Below are positions 40,253-50,284 of a DNA stretch of 64,000 nucleotides, one piece after another. The translations under genes were made by a program, and so were the position numbers. Under the pieces are notes generated by a model. That model saw nothing but the letters and a program-made list of their open reading frames with translations, searched no databases and was not told the DNA's origin. Origin of the DNA: Dehalococcoidia bacterium (GTDB lineage Bacteria; Chloroflexota; Dehalococcoidia; UBA2979); contig JAXLWY010000003.1 of NCBI GenBank assembly GCA_046328255.1, forward strand, positions 64,398 through 128,397. The letters are read 5' to 3'. The number at the start of each line of letters is the position of its first letter. Position 1 is the first letter of the stretch.

Positions 40253-41032
40253 ATGCCCAACCCGAGGTTCCTGCCCCGCGAACCATTCCTGGAGCGCCTC
40301 GCCGCGCGGGCAGCGCGCCGCAGTTCCGCGGCCAGTCGCGGCGAGATCTCGCTGCTCGCGGGCGCCGGCGTCGTAGTCTGGGCCTTCCTCACCGTCACGG
40401 TGCTCGTCTCGACGCCCCAGGCATTGCCACTCCAGCAGACACAGCTGGCCGTCGGCGTCGGCGGTGGACTCGTGCGCACCGAGGCACCCGCCGAGGCGCC
40501 CGCGGCCTCCGACCCGCCGTCCTCGACTTCCGCGCTCTCGACGCCCAACGCTCCGACGGCGGCCCCGACACCGCCTCCGGCAACCCCGACGCCCGTCGTC
40601 GCGGCCGGACCGCCGCCCTCGAGTGCGAAGTCCGCGCCCAGCACGCCCGCGCCCACGCCTCGCACGACGGCCACGCCGGTGCCGTCACCCGCTCCCCCGG
40701 TGGCGCCGCCGGCGCTTCCGGTCGAACCGCCCGCTGCGACGCCCGCGGCCACACCGACCGCGACGCCGACGCCGAGCTCGACTCCCGCGCCGTCGGTCAC
40801 ACCGGCCGGGGAGAGCGTGCAGGTGGTGGGACCGAACGGGACCGTGATCACCGGGCCCCGCGGTGGACCGCTCAACACTCGCGGTGCCGACCTCTACAAC
40901 TGCAGCGACTTCACGAACTTCGAGCAGCTGATCGCCGTCTTCATCGCAAGCGGTCCCTCTGATCCAAACCACCTCGACCCCCAGCACACCGGTAGCCCGT
41001 GTCCGCCCGAGGACGAGCAGCAGGTCGAGTAG
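40253..41032 (+). CDS. Membrane-anchored Pro/Ala/Thr-rich protein with a C-terminal Excalibur Ca-binding domain.
   Basis: N-terminal transmembrane segment, about 120 aa of low-complexity P/A/T linker, and a C-terminal DLYNCSDFTNFEQLIAVF...LD...G.PC. Confidence 0.7.
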   Translation: MPNPRFLPREPFLERLAARAARRSSAASRGEISLLAGAGVVVWAFLTVTVLVSTPQALPLQQTQLAVGVGGGLVRTEAPAEAPAASDPPSSTSALSTPNAPTAAPTPPPATPTPVVAAGPPPSSAKSAPSTPAPTPRTTATPVPSPAPPVAPPALPVEPPAATPAATPTATPTPSSTPAPSVTPAGESVQVVGPNGTVITGPRGGPLNTRGADLYNCSDFTNFEQLIAVFIASGPSDPNHLDPQHTGSPCPPEDEQQVE

Positions 41033-41064
41033 CGTGCTGCGCGCTGGCGTGGAATGCCGGGGCG

Positions 41065-42327
41065 ATGCACCATGGGCCCCATGAAACCCTCCTTGCACGG
41101 TTCGGTCCGGTCCGCATCACGAGCGCAGCCGTGGTAGAGGCACCCGAGGCGACGATCACCACCGCCGAGGACGTCGAGCGCGTCGCCGACGCGCTGCGCG
41201 CCGCTGGCGCGTTCGCCCTCGACCTCGAGTTCATGTCCGAGGAGCGCTACGTGCCCGAGCTGGCGCTCGTGCAGGTGGCGTGGCGCTCGAGCGGCGTACC
41301 GACGGCGGTCGCCATCGACCCCCTCTCAGTCGACGCCTCCCCCATCGCGAGGTTGGTCGCGGACCCCTCGGTGGTCACGATCCTGCACTCCGGCCAGGCC
41401 GACCTCTCGTTGCTGCGCGCGCGTTTCGCCGTCGCCGGCGCGTCCATCGTCGACACGCAGGTGGCGGCGGCCTTCCTCGGCATGGGCGAGCAGATTGGAT
41501 ACGCGCCGTTCATCCAGCGCACACTCGGGCTCACCGTCGACAAGGGTGGCCAGTTCACCGAGTGGCTGCGACGCCCGCTGTCCGAGGATCAACTTCGCTA
41601 CGCCCTCGACGACGTGCTCCACCTGTTGCCCGCGTGGCAGCTCGTCGAAGAGGACCTGCGCGCCCGGGGACGCCTCGCGTGGGTCCTCGAGGAGTGCGAG
41701 CGCATGGCGCGCGGCTGGTCGGAGCGTCCCGCCCCCGAGGAGATGTACCGTCGCGTGGCAGGCTGGGCCACGCTCCGCCCGCGGCAGCAGGGCGCGCTGC
41801 GAGCAGTGGCCGCCTGGCGCGAGCGCGAATCGCTGTCCGCGAACCGCCCGCCCGCCCGCCTCGTCGCCGAGCGTACGCTGCTCGAGCTGGCGCGCCGCCC
41901 TCCACGGACCGCCGAGGGCCTGCGCGAGGTGCGCGGCATGACCGACGGCATCGTGCGCCGGTTCGGCGCGCAGATCCTCACCGCGCTCCACGAGGGCGAA
42001 CAGCACCCGACCGACGGTGGCGACGCCCCCCGGCCCCTGCCGCCCGCGGCGCAGGCGTGGGCCGGCGTGCTCGGTGGACTGGTGCAGGCGCACTGCCGCG
42101 ATGCCGACATCGCGGCGCGCTTCGTCGCCTCGCGCGCCGACCTCGAGGCTGTGGCCTTGTGGTGGTTCGAGGGCGATCACGACCTCGAGCCCGACGTACC
42201 GGTGATGCGTGGGTGGCGTCGTGAGCTGGTCGGCGAGGTGGTGCTGCGGTGGCTGCACGGTTCGCTGGGCCTCGTCGCCGACGTGCTCTCGCCGTTCGGA
42301 TTCCGCCTCGTCGACCTGCCTTCGTAG
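41065..42327 (+). CDS. rnd: Ribonuclease D (DEDDy 3'-5' exonuclease plus HRDC).
   Basis: FALDLEF...VQVA, ...ILHSGQADL, ...Y...DV exonuclease motifs, and an HRDC-like C-terminus. Confidence 0.75.
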   Translation: MHHGPHETLLARFGPVRITSAAVVEAPEATITTAEDVERVADALRAAGAFALDLEFMSEERYVPELALVQVAWRSSGVPTAVAIDPLSVDASPIARLVADPSVVTILHSGQADLSLLRARFAVAGASIVDTQVAAAFLGMGEQIGYAPFIQRTLGLTVDKGGQFTEWLRRPLSEDQLRYALDDVLHLLPAWQLVEEDLRARGRLAWVLEECERMARGWSERPAPEEMYRRVAGWATLRPRQQGALRAVAAWRERESLSANRPPARLVAERTLLELARRPPRTAEGLREVRGMTDGIVRRFGAQILTALHEGEQHPTDGGDAPRPLPPAAQAWAGVLGGLVQAHCRDADIAARFVASRADLEAVALWWFEGDHDLEPDVPVMRGWRRELVGEVVLRWLHGSLGLVADVLSPFGFRLVDLPS

Positions 42328-42517
42328 CCTCATCAGACAGAACGATAGACGGGCTTCGCGACAGAAACGCGCATGCACGTGCCCGGATATGCCGTTACGT
42401 AGCTCACGACGGATCGTGCTGCCATCAAGAGGCGGTTACGTCCGCTGGCGCCGCCCTGTCGCTGCAAGCGCGGACCCAGCCCGCGCCGCACGACGCGTTC
42501 TGTCTCAGGCGATGAGG
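42328..42517. repeat. Inverted-repeat-flanked, lower-GC intergenic element.
   Basis: CCTCATCAGACAGAACG (42328..) pairs with CGTTCTGTCT-caggc-GATGAGG (42495..42517). The right arm overlaps the lldD-like stop and the left arm abuts the rnd stop. The interior ~150 nt is AT-richer than the surrounding sequence. Confidence 0.45.
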
Positions 42518-43596
42518 TCGGGCGTGAGGTCGCCGAGGGTGGCCGCGCCGCAGAGTGCCATCGCGAGGTCGAGCTCGCCCGCCAGCAGCTCGAGGACGTG
42601 ACGCGCGCCCGCCTCGCCGTCCACCGCGAGCCCCCACAGGAGCGGCCGCCCGAGGAGCACGCCCCGCGCACCGAGGGCGATCGCCTTCACGACGTCGGTG
42701 CCGCGCCGCACGCCGCCATCGACCAGCACCTCGATGCGACCGGCGACTGCCTCGATTACCTCGGGCAACGCCTCGATGGTGGACACGGCGGTGTCGAGCT
42801 GGCGTCCGCCGTGGTTAGAGACCACGAGGGCGGAGGCGCCCGCCTCGATGGCGAGGACGGCGTCATCGCCTCGGAGGATGCCCTTCACGATCACCGGCAG
42901 GCGGGTGATCGAACGCAGCCACGTCACGTCGCCCCACGTAATCGAGGGGTCCATGAGCGAAGCGAAGTAACGACCGAGTCCGGACTGGCCCGGGGCGGCC
43001 AGGGGACGTCGCATCAGCTCGAGTTCAAAGTTCGCGGCAGCAAGCCCCGGGGGCAGGGCGAACGCATTGCGCGCATCGCGCTCGCGGCGGCCGAGCAGCG
43101 GCGCGTCCACGGTGAGCACCAGGGCTTCGTAGCCGGCGGCCTCCGCGCGCTCGACCAGTGAGCGAGTGAGGTCGCGATCTGCATAGACGTAGAGCTGAAA
43201 CCAGCGGGGGCCGTCTGCGGCCGCCGCGACGTCCTCGATGGAGGCCGTCGCGAGCGTGCTGAGCGTGAACGCGACGCCGAAGGAGGCCGCGGCCCGCGCG
43301 AGCGCGAGTTCGCCCTCAGGGTGCGCGAGGCGCTGAAAGGCCATGGGGGCCGTGATGATGGGCTGCGGGTGCACTCGACCGAGCACCACGGTGGATGGGT
43401 CGCGGTTCGAGACGTTGCGCATGACGCGCGGCCGCAGCCTCAGTCGCTGGAAGGCCTCACGGTTGGCAGCGAGCGTGATCTCGTCGTGGGCGCCGCTGGC
43501 AAAGTAGTCGAGCGCCATCGTGGGCAGATGCTCGGCGGCCAGAGCCTCGTACTCATCGAGATTCAGGGGACGCGGAGCCCGAGCGGACTGAGTCAT
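42505..43596 (-). CDS. FMN-dependent alpha-hydroxy-acid dehydrogenase (L-lactate dehydrogenase/glycolate oxidase family).
   Basis: TIM-barrel FMN motifs (ITAPMAFQ, LVLTVDAP, VVSNHGGRQLD). An alternative ATG at 43623 adds 9 residues. Confidence 0.8.
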   Translation of the reverse strand: MTQSARAPRPLNLDEYEALAAEHLPTMALDYFASGAHDEITLAANREAFQRLRLRPRVMRNVSNRDPSTVVLGRVHPQPIITAPMAFQRLAHPEGELALARAAASFGVAFTLSTLATASIEDVAAAADGPRWFQLYVYADRDLTRSLVERAEAAGYEALVLTVDAPLLGRRERDARNAFALPPGLAAANFELELMRRPLAAPGQSGLGRYFASLMDPSITWGDVTWLRSITRLPVIVKGILRGDDAVLAIEAGASALVVSNHGGRQLDTAVSTIEALPEVIEAVAGRIEVLVDGGVRRGTDVVKAIALGARGVLLGRPLLWGLAVDGEAGARHVLELLAGELDLAMALCGAATLGDLTPDLIA

Positions 43597-43677
43597 GGCC
43601 CGGAGCTTAGCCGAGGAGCGCATGCACGGAAGGGACCGTCGGCACCTCGCGTGACCTCGGCATCTGAGCGGCGAACC

Positions 43678-44226
43678 TCAGCCCGAGTACGTCCAGCCGG
43701 TGTACGTGGTGGTCAGCGGCTCGGCGCTGTGCTGGATGCGACCGTCAACGACGCGGCCGACGACGAGCACGTGGTCGCCCGCGGGTGCTTCCGACTCGAG
43801 CGTGCACTCGAGCCACATCAGCGCGTCCTCGAGAAGCGGCAGGCCTCGCGAGGAGCGCGCGTAGTCGATGCCGTCCAGCTTCTGGTGGTGCTGTCGCGAC
43901 GCGGTTTCACGCCGCCCCTCCACCTTCGAGGCGTCGGCGGGCTGGACGAACTGCATCGCCATCCGCATGGAGTCGGGTTCGGCGGTCAGGAGGTTGATCG
44001 AGAAGCAGCCCGACGCCCGGATGCGCCCGAGCGAGCTCGAATCCGCCTCGAGGACCACGGCCACCAGCCGAGGGTTGAACGACACCTGCATCACCCAGTC
44101 GGCCACCATCACGTTCGCTTCCTGCGCATCGACCGAGCCGATTGCGTAGACGCCATACGGCATCTGGTGCATCGCCTCGGCGACCGGGTCGATATGGCGG
44201 TGGGGCACTGAGGGCAGGTCGGGCAT
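43678..44226 (-). CDS. Flavin reductase (FMN-binding split-barrel).
   Basis: 182 aa from the MPDLPS ATG. GAGGAG ribosome-binding site 5 nt upstream. Confidence 0.65.
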   Translation of the reverse strand: MPDLPSVPHRHIDPVAEAMHQMPYGVYAIGSVDAQEANVMVADWVMQVSFNPRLVAVVLEADSSSLGRIRASGCFSINLLTAEPDSMRMAMQFVQPADASKVEGRRETASRQHHQKLDGIDYARSSRGLPLLEDALMWLECTLESEAPAGDHVLVVGRVVDGRIQHSAEPLTTTYTGWTYSG

Positions 44227-44399
44227 CGGTGCTCCTCGAAGCGGCGTGGCCTGGTGCGTGACGGGGTGATCGAGTCGGAGTCGAGCGGGGACCAGCCCAC
44301 TGTAGCCAACGTGGACGCTCGGGCCACGCCTCGTTACGATGGCGCCGTCCCGGTCGCGGGACGTTGACGCGCGCCCGCGGTGTCGCTTCGGAGGTCGTA

Positions 44400-45095
44400 G
44401 TGGCATTCGTTATCACGCAGCCCTGCATCGACACGACCGACAAGTCGTGCGTCGAGGTGTGCCCGGTGGACTGCATCCACTACGAAGAGGGCACCGACCG
44501 GATGCTCTACATCAACCCCGCCGAGTGCATCGACTGCGGCGCGTGCCAGCCCGCGTGTCCCGTGTCCGCGATCTATCCGGACGGCGACGTCCCTGCCGAG
44601 ATGGCCCCCTTCACCGAGATCAACGCGCTCTGGTACGACGACGCCGCCGGCGCGCGCCAGCGCGTCGCGGCGCTCCTCGGCGGCAGCGCGGCGCCTGCCG
44701 CTCCCGCCCCTGCTGCTGCCGCCGCAGCGCCCGCGGCGGCCGCATCCACCGAGGCATCCGCGGCAGCGCCCGCGACAGAAGCCCCCGCAGCCGCTGCAGC
44801 CGCTGCAGCCGCCGAGGCGCCCGCCGCCCCGGCGGTCGCCGAGGTCGCGTACAGGCCCCCGACGCCGCACGCCGGCAAGGCCGACTTCAAGAAGGCGTTC
44901 GCCGGGTTCAGCTACCCGATCTCGAAGGATGGCGTCTTCCGAGGCGCCCGCGACAAGGGCGGGCTGGACCGCGAGGTCGGGCGCATCCTCGCGCAACTGC
45001 CCGGCAAGAAGTACCGCTCCGAGGAGGAACTCGTCGAGGCGGTGCGCTGGGTGTACATGATGTACGGGGTGCCGGAGGACGCGCTCCCCGTCTAG
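44400..45095 (+). CDS. fdxA: 7Fe ferredoxin (FdxA-type) with a long Ala-rich C-terminal extension.
   Basis: GTG start with GGAGG ribosome-binding site 5 nt upstream. CIDTTDKSCVEVCPVDCI...CIDCGACQPACP is a [3Fe-4S][4Fe-4S] motif. The tail is AAPAAPAPAAAAAAP... Confidence 0.8.
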   Translation: MAFVITQPCIDTTDKSCVEVCPVDCIHYEEGTDRMLYINPAECIDCGACQPACPVSAIYPDGDVPAEMAPFTEINALWYDDAAGARQRVAALLGGSAAPAAPAPAAAAAAPAAAASTEASAAAPATEAPAAAAAAAAAEAPAAPAVAEVAYRPPTPHAGKADFKKAFAGFSYPISKDGVFRGARDKGGLDREVGRILAQLPGKKYRSEEELVEAVRWVYMMYGVPEDALPV

Positions 45096-45248
45096 CCGAG
45101 GGTGGCGTGCACGGCGAGCCCGTCAGGCTCCGTCGCGACGCATAGACCTGACGGGTCACTGAGAAGCTGCCGCTACGCGCGACTCTGAGGGGCGGAGTAC
45201 CCTCGCGAGCACGGGTGCACCGAGGCAGGCCGAGCGCGGGAGGGTCAG

Positions 45249-46304
45249 ATGCGCAGCGCCAGGGACTTCTTCAAGCCGCTCGCGGTCGGCGCGCCACAGC
45301 CGCTCCATGAGATCGAGGTGCGGCCGGGCCGCATGATCCACTTCTTCCCGCCGCACAACGAACGGATGCGCGAGCGCATTCCCGAGATCATCCCCCAGGT
45401 CGACATCCTCCTCGGCAACCTGGAGGACGCGATCCCCGCCGACGCCAAGGTCGATGCCCGCCGGGGACTCATCGAGGTCGCGCGAAACAACGAGTTCGGC
45501 AACACCCAGCTCTGGACGCGCGTCAACAGCCTCGACAGTCCGTGGTGCCTCGATGACCTGATGGAGCTCGTCGAGGCGGTCGGCGACAGGCTCGACGTAA
45601 TCATGGTGCCCAAGGTGGAGGGCGCGCACGACATTCACTACGTCGATCGCCTCCTCGCGCAGCTCGAGGGGCGCCACGGGCTGCGCAAGCCCCTGATGAT
45701 CCACGCGATCCTCGAAACCGCCTCGGGCGTGAACAACGTCGAGGAGATCGCCGGCTCGAGTCCGCGCATGCAGGGCATCTCGCTCGGCCCGGCGGACCTC
45801 GCCGCCTCGAGGCGCATGAAGACGACGCGCGTCGGCGGAGGTCACCCCGGCTACGTCGTGCGCGCCGACGCCGACGCCGCCAATCCCGAGGCAGCTCGCG
45901 GGACCGCGCAGCAGGACCTGTGGCACTACACGATGGCGAAGATGGTCGATGCGTGCGCCGCCAACGGCATCCTGCCCTACTACGGCCCATTCGGCGACAT
46001 CGGCGACCCCGTGGCGTGCGAGGACCAGTTCCGCAACGCCTTCCTCATGGGCTGCGTCGGCGCCTGGTCGCTGCACCCGAGTCAGATCGAGATCGCCAAG
46101 CGCGTCTTCAGCCCGGATCCCGAGGAGGTGGCGTTCGCGCGCCGCATCGTCGAGGCGATCGGCTGGGCGGGCTCCGGCGTGGCGATGCTCGACGGCAAGA
46201 TGCAGGATGACGCGACGTTCAAGCAGGCGAAGGTGATCCTCGCAACCGCTGAGCTGATCGCCAAGAGCGACCCCGCCTTCGCCACCGCCTACGGCTTCGA
46301 GTAG
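45249..46304 (+). CDS. HpcH/HpaI-family CoA-ester lyase (CitE / malyl-CoA-lyase-like).
   Basis: 351 aa with CitE-like motifs (...[19 protein letters not shown]). GGGAGGG ribosome-binding site. Confidence 0.7.
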   Translation: MRSARDFFKPLAVGAPQPLHEIEVRPGRMIHFFPPHNERMRERIPEIIPQVDILLGNLEDAIPADAKVDARRGLIEVARNNEFGNTQLWTRVNSLDSPWCLDDLMELVEAVGDRLDVIMVPKVEGAHDIHYVDRLLAQLEGRHGLRKPLMIHAILETASGVNNVEEIAGSSPRMQGISLGPADLAASRRMKTTRVGGGHPGYVVRADADAANPEAARGTAQQDLWHYTMAKMVDACAANGILPYYGPFGDIGDPVACEDQFRNAFLMGCVGAWSLHPSQIEIAKRVFSPDPEEVAFARRIVEAIGWAGSGVAMLDGKMQDDATFKQAKVILATAELIAKSDPAFATAYGFE

Positions 46305-46388
46305 GCACGCCGCCTCAGGGGCGCCACTTCGGGACGAGGGTCGCGGCCCGGGAACTCGAGAAAGCTCGGGACAAGGCGCGCCCACCCT

Positions 46389-46424
46389 GTTCGTGGTGAG
46401 CGGAGCGAAGCGGAGGCGAACCAC
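46389..46424. repeat. 36-nt interspersed repeat, copy 2.
   Basis: gttcgtggtgagcggagcgaagcggaggcgaaccac, 34/36 identical to 4598..4633. Intergenic. Confidence 0.6.
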
Positions 46425-46571
46425 ACCGCCCTCCTCGGATGGCCCGCCACCGACGGCCCCGGAGGGGTCTGCCCCGCGGCGCTACCCCTCGCGAGAAGGC
46501 GTGGCCGAGTCTCGCCATCCGGAGGGCCGTCCATGGCTCCGCGCGAGGTCGCGGTTCCGAGGCAGCCCGCG

Positions 46572-47552
46572 CTAGTGCACCCGGTCGGGGTACAGCGCCA
46601 GCGCGAGGACGCGGATGCCCTCGGCGAGGCGCGGTCCCGGCCGGTTCACCAGGTCCGGATTCACCGCGTAGATGCGCGAATTGCGCACCGCCGAGACAGC
46701 TCCCCAGCCCGGACGCGCGCCCACGTCGCTGGTCGCGCCGGGGTGGGACAGGATGATCACCTCGGGGTCCGCGGCGAGCACGGCCTCGGCTGTGACCTGC
46801 GGGAAGGGTGAGCTTCCCGAGGGTGCGATGTTGCGCGCCTTGAGCGTCGTCAGCATGGCCCCCACGAACGAGTTCGGCGCCACTGTGAACAGCGTCGGGT
46901 CGAGCTCGAAGAAGACGCGCGGACCGGTCGTCACATCCGACAGCGATGCCGTCACTGCCTCGATCTTCGTGCGCATCTCAGTGCTGACACGCGCGGCCTC
47001 GACGGGACGTCCGGTCAGCCGCCCGAGCAGATCGATGCTCGCGTACACCCCCTCGAGGTTCTCGGGCTCGCGCGCGAGGAACACGGTCATGCCCAGGCTG
47101 CGGAACTGCGCGACGAACTGCTCCTGCCGCGTCGCCATGATCACGAGGTCGGGCTTGAGCGCGATCGCGGCCTCGGGGCTGGGATTCGAGTAGTCGATCT
47201 TCTGAGTCTTCGCGGCGGCATCGGGGAAGTCGGAGAAGGCGTCCGTGCCCACGACCCGATCGCCGGCGCCGATCGAAAACAGGATCTCGGTGGCGCCGGG
47301 CGAGAGCGAGATCACGCGCTCCGGCACCTTGGCGAGTCGCACCTCGGTTCCGGTGGAATCGCGGAGCACGAGCGGAAACGTCGCCGGTGCGGCGCCGGTG
47401 ACCGGCGTTCCCGCGCCGCTGCCCGCCGACGGCGCACCTCGATCCTCGCCGGCGCACGCCGAGGCCAGCAGGGCGAGCGCGCCAAGCGCGAGGAACGCCG
47501 CGAGTCCACCTCGGACGGCGCGGCCGCGACGCTTCGCTGGCGACTGAACCAC
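46572..47552 (-). CDS. ABC-transporter periplasmic binding lipoprotein (TroA/BtuF-like, cluster A).
   Basis: Signal peptide ...KRRGRAVRGGLAAFLALGALALLASAC with a lipobox. Start taken at GTG 47552; the ORF is open to GTG 47660. Confidence 0.7.
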   Translation of the reverse strand: MVQSPAKRRGRAVRGGLAAFLALGALALLASACAGEDRGAPSAGSGAGTPVTGAAPATFPLVLRDSTGTEVRLAKVPERVISLSPGATEILFSIGAGDRVVGTDAFSDFPDAAAKTQKIDYSNPSPEAAIALKPDLVIMATRQEQFVAQFRSLGMTVFLAREPENLEGVYASIDLLGRLTGRPVEAARVSTEMRTKIEAVTASLSDVTTGPRVFFELDPTLFTVAPNSFVGAMLTTLKARNIAPSGSSPFPQVTAEAVLAADPEVIILSHPGATSDVGARPGWGAVSAVRNSRIYAVNPDLVNRPGPRLAEGIRVLALALYPDRVH

Positions 47553-47938
47553 GGGTGATGCGAGCACGGCGATCCTCCGCACGCTGGTGCGAGGACTGCC
47601 CGCGAGGGTGAGGAGCGCTGCTCCCGACACGCCTGCGCGACGGCGCGTGGGGCAGCCCACGTGCCTGGCCCGTTCCTCGCGAGCCCTTCAGACACAGACG
47701 CAAGTCGTCGACCTGGCTCGCCCCGGGCCTCGACGGCCGGGGACCACAGTTGCGGGACAGCGCCGGGATCGCACCGGACTTCGCGGGCCTTGCGCCAGCA
47801 CCGGGAACGCTAGCAGCCATCCGACGTGCGGGCGACCCTGGGAGCTCGCGGTCGCCGGGTCGGTGAACGTGGCGCGCACCGCGCACCTCGCAGCTACGAT
47901 GCCGCCATCGAATGGTTCGGAAGCGGGAGGACGACACG

Positions 47939-48934
47939 ATGAGGAGGATCAGCGTCTCGCTGAGCTGGTCGAGTCACGACGACGTCGACCAGTTCGTCGA
48001 GCAGGCGAAGGTGGCCGACGACAGTGGCGTTGCGGTCCTGTTCACGGGTGAGAACTGGCGTCGGGAGGCGTTCACGCCCATGGCCGTGCTGGCGCGCGAG
48101 ACGAAGCACGCGCAACTTGGTACCGCGATCGTCAACATCTGGTCGCGATCCGCGGCCGCCCTCGCCGAGCACTTCGCGACCATCGACGAGCTGGCGGGCG
48201 GACGGGTCATTATCGGCCTCGGCGCCTCGAGCGCGAACGTCGCCGAGGGCTTTGCGGGTGTGCCCTACAAGCGCCCGCTTCGCCGCATGCGCGAGTACAT
48301 CGAGATCATGAACATGCTGATCTCGGGCGCCCCGCTGCAGTACCACGGCGAGCTGTTCCAGCTCGAGCGCGGCTTCCGCCTCGAGATCAATAACCCGAGG
48401 CCGCACATCCCCGTGTACATTGCCGCCACCTCGCCGGCCTCCGTCCGCCAGACGGCCGAGATCGCCGACGGCTGGATGCCGATCCAGATCCCGCGCTCGC
48501 AGTGGAAGGCCGCGACGGGCGAGTTCTACGAGCACGCACGCCAGGCGGGGCGCGACCCCTCGGAGCTCACGATCAAGACGGCCAACTCGATCTACGTGAC
48601 CGACGACCCGGGCCCCGAGCTCGAGAAGACGCGAGGCACCGTCGCGTTCTACATCGCGCGGATGGGCGACGGCTACTACAACCAGTTCGCGCAGCGCGGA
48701 TTCCGGGACATGGCCGACGCCGTGCGCGCGGCCTGGGCCGAGGGTGGCTCGAAGGCCGGTGCCGAGGCGGTGCCACCGGAGTTCGCGGAGCAGATGTTCT
48801 TCGCCGGACCGCCCGAGGCGTGCGCCGAGCACCTCGATGAGCTCGAGGAGGCCGGCTTCAACCTCCACTCCGTCCAGATCGCAGAGCGTGACCCCGCGAA
48901 GCGTGCCTCGATCTACCGCACGCTGGTGGGGTAA
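47939..48934 (+). CDS. LLM-class (luciferase-like) F420-dependent oxidoreductase.
   Basis: 331 aa. GGGAGG ribosome-binding site 8 nt upstream of the MRRISVSL ATG. Confidence 0.75.
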   Translation: MRRISVSLSWSSHDDVDQFVEQAKVADDSGVAVLFTGENWRREAFTPMAVLARETKHAQLGTAIVNIWSRSAAALAEHFATIDELAGGRVIIGLGASSANVAEGFAGVPYKRPLRRMREYIEIMNMLISGAPLQYHGELFQLERGFRLEINNPRPHIPVYIAATSPASVRQTAEIADGWMPIQIPRSQWKAATGEFYEHARQAGRDPSELTIKTANSIYVTDDPGPELEKTRGTVAFYIARMGDGYYNQFAQRGFRDMADAVRAAWAEGGSKAGAEAVPPEFAEQMFFAGPPEACAEHLDELEEAGFNLHSVQIAERDPAKRASIYRTLVG

Positions 48935-49055
48935 GGACATGGCGGGGAGTGCTCCGATTTTGTGGCCCCGTTGCTGGCGATCCGCTAGCCCGTGGGCGGA
49001 AACGAACGTACGCTTACACCGCTGAGGCGGGATCGAAAGCGCATGGAGGTTTGGG

Positions 49056-49370
49056 ATGCTGAAGTCTGACCTGGTGGCCCTGGTAACGGCACAGTCCGGC
49101 ACGAACGTCGGGAAGTCCGATGTCGAGAAGATCCTCGATAGCTTCCGCGATGTCGTGCAGGCGACCGTGAAGAAGGGCGATGACGTCTCGTATCCCGGGC
49201 TGGGCAAGTTCAGCCGCGTCGCCCGCAAGGCGCGCCAGGCGCGCAACCCGCGCACCGGCGAGGCGATCAAGGTCCCGGCGTCGAAGGCGCCGAAGTTCAC
49301 CGCATCGGCGACGCTGCGCAGCGTGGTCAACGGCAAGGCCCCCGCGCCCAAGCTCGCCAAGGTCTCGTAG
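49056..49370 (+). CDS. hup: HU-family DNA-binding protein.
   Basis: 104 aa with the HU fold (...GLGKFSRVARKARQARNPRTGEAIKVPASKAPKFTAS). Lys/Ala-rich tail. GGAGG ribosome-binding site. Confidence 0.85.
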   Translation: MLKSDLVALVTAQSGTNVGKSDVEKILDSFRDVVQATVKKGDDVSYPGLGKFSRVARKARQARNPRTGEAIKVPASKAPKFTASATLRSVVNGKAPAPKLAKVS

Positions 49371-49395
49371 CCCTCGAGGGCACACCGACGCCGAA

Positions 49396-49420
49396 GGGGA
49401 CCGCGCAAGCGGTCCCTTTT
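49396..49420 (+). terminator. Intrinsic terminator after the HU gene.
   Basis: GGGGACCGC-GCAA-GCGGTCCC followed by TTTTGCG. Confidence 0.7.
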
Positions 49421-49546
49421 GCGTGTCGCCTCGCGGGAGAGTCCCGCTCGATGACGACTCTCGGATCGAGACACACACGAGGCGCCGACTTATCGAGCGC
49501 CTGACGCTGCACCGCTGGTAGGCTGGATCTCGACGCCGACAGCGAG

Positions 49547-50284
49547 GTGGATGTGTTCCCGATCCGAGACCTGAACCCCTCGGTCGTGACTCCCGTGGTC
49601 ACGCTCACGCTGATCCTCGCGAACGTCCTCGTGTTCTTCGGCCTCCAGCCCCAGACGCAGCGCGAGGGCGTCACGTTCGCCCTGCGCCACGCCGCCATCG
49701 CCTGCGAGCTGACCACGCGCGAACCGCTCACGCGCGCCGAGGCTCAGTCGGGCGAGTGCACACCCAATTCGAGGGACACGCCCCTGTTCCCGCAGAAGCA
49801 GCTCGCGCTCTCGGTGCTGGTGTCGCTGTTCCTCCATGGCGGGCTCGTGCACCTCGCAGGCAACATGTGGTTCCTCTGGATCTTCGGCAATAACGTCGAG
49901 GAGGCGTTCGGGTACCTCGGCTACGCGGCGCTATACCTCGTGGGCGGCGTCGCCGCGACCTTCGCCTTCGTGTGGGCCAACCCCGGCGCCACCGACCCGC
50001 TGATCGGCGCGTCCGGCGCGATTGCGGCGGTGCTCGGTGCCTATCTCGTGCTGTTCCCGCGGCGGCTGGTGCTGTCGCTGGTCTTCATCACGCTGATTCC
50101 GGTCCCCGCCGTGCTGTTCCTCGGGTTGTGGTTCGTCGGCCAGTTCGGGGTGGCCGACACCGGCGTTGCCTGGGAGGCGCACGTAGGAGGGTTCGTCGTC
50201 GGCGCTGCCGTCGCGTTCGTGATGCGCGAGGTGCTGCTCGACCGCGTGCGGCGCGCGCACTCGATGGCGGCCTATGCCCGCTAG
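49547..50284 (+). CDS. Rhomboid-family intramembrane serine protease.
   Basis: 245 aa. GASGAI (catalytic Ser) and AHVGGFVVG (catalytic His). Confidence 0.8.
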   Translation: MDVFPIRDLNPSVVTPVVTLTLILANVLVFFGLQPQTQREGVTFALRHAAIACELTTREPLTRAEAQSGECTPNSRDTPLFPQKQLALSVLVSLFLHGGLVHLAGNMWFLWIFGNNVEEAFGYLGYAALYLVGGVAATFAFVWANPGATDPLIGASGAIAAVLGAYLVLFPRRLVLSLVFITLIPVPAVLFLGLWFVGQFGVADTGVAWEAHVGGFVVGAAVAFVMREVLLDRVRRAHSMAAYAR

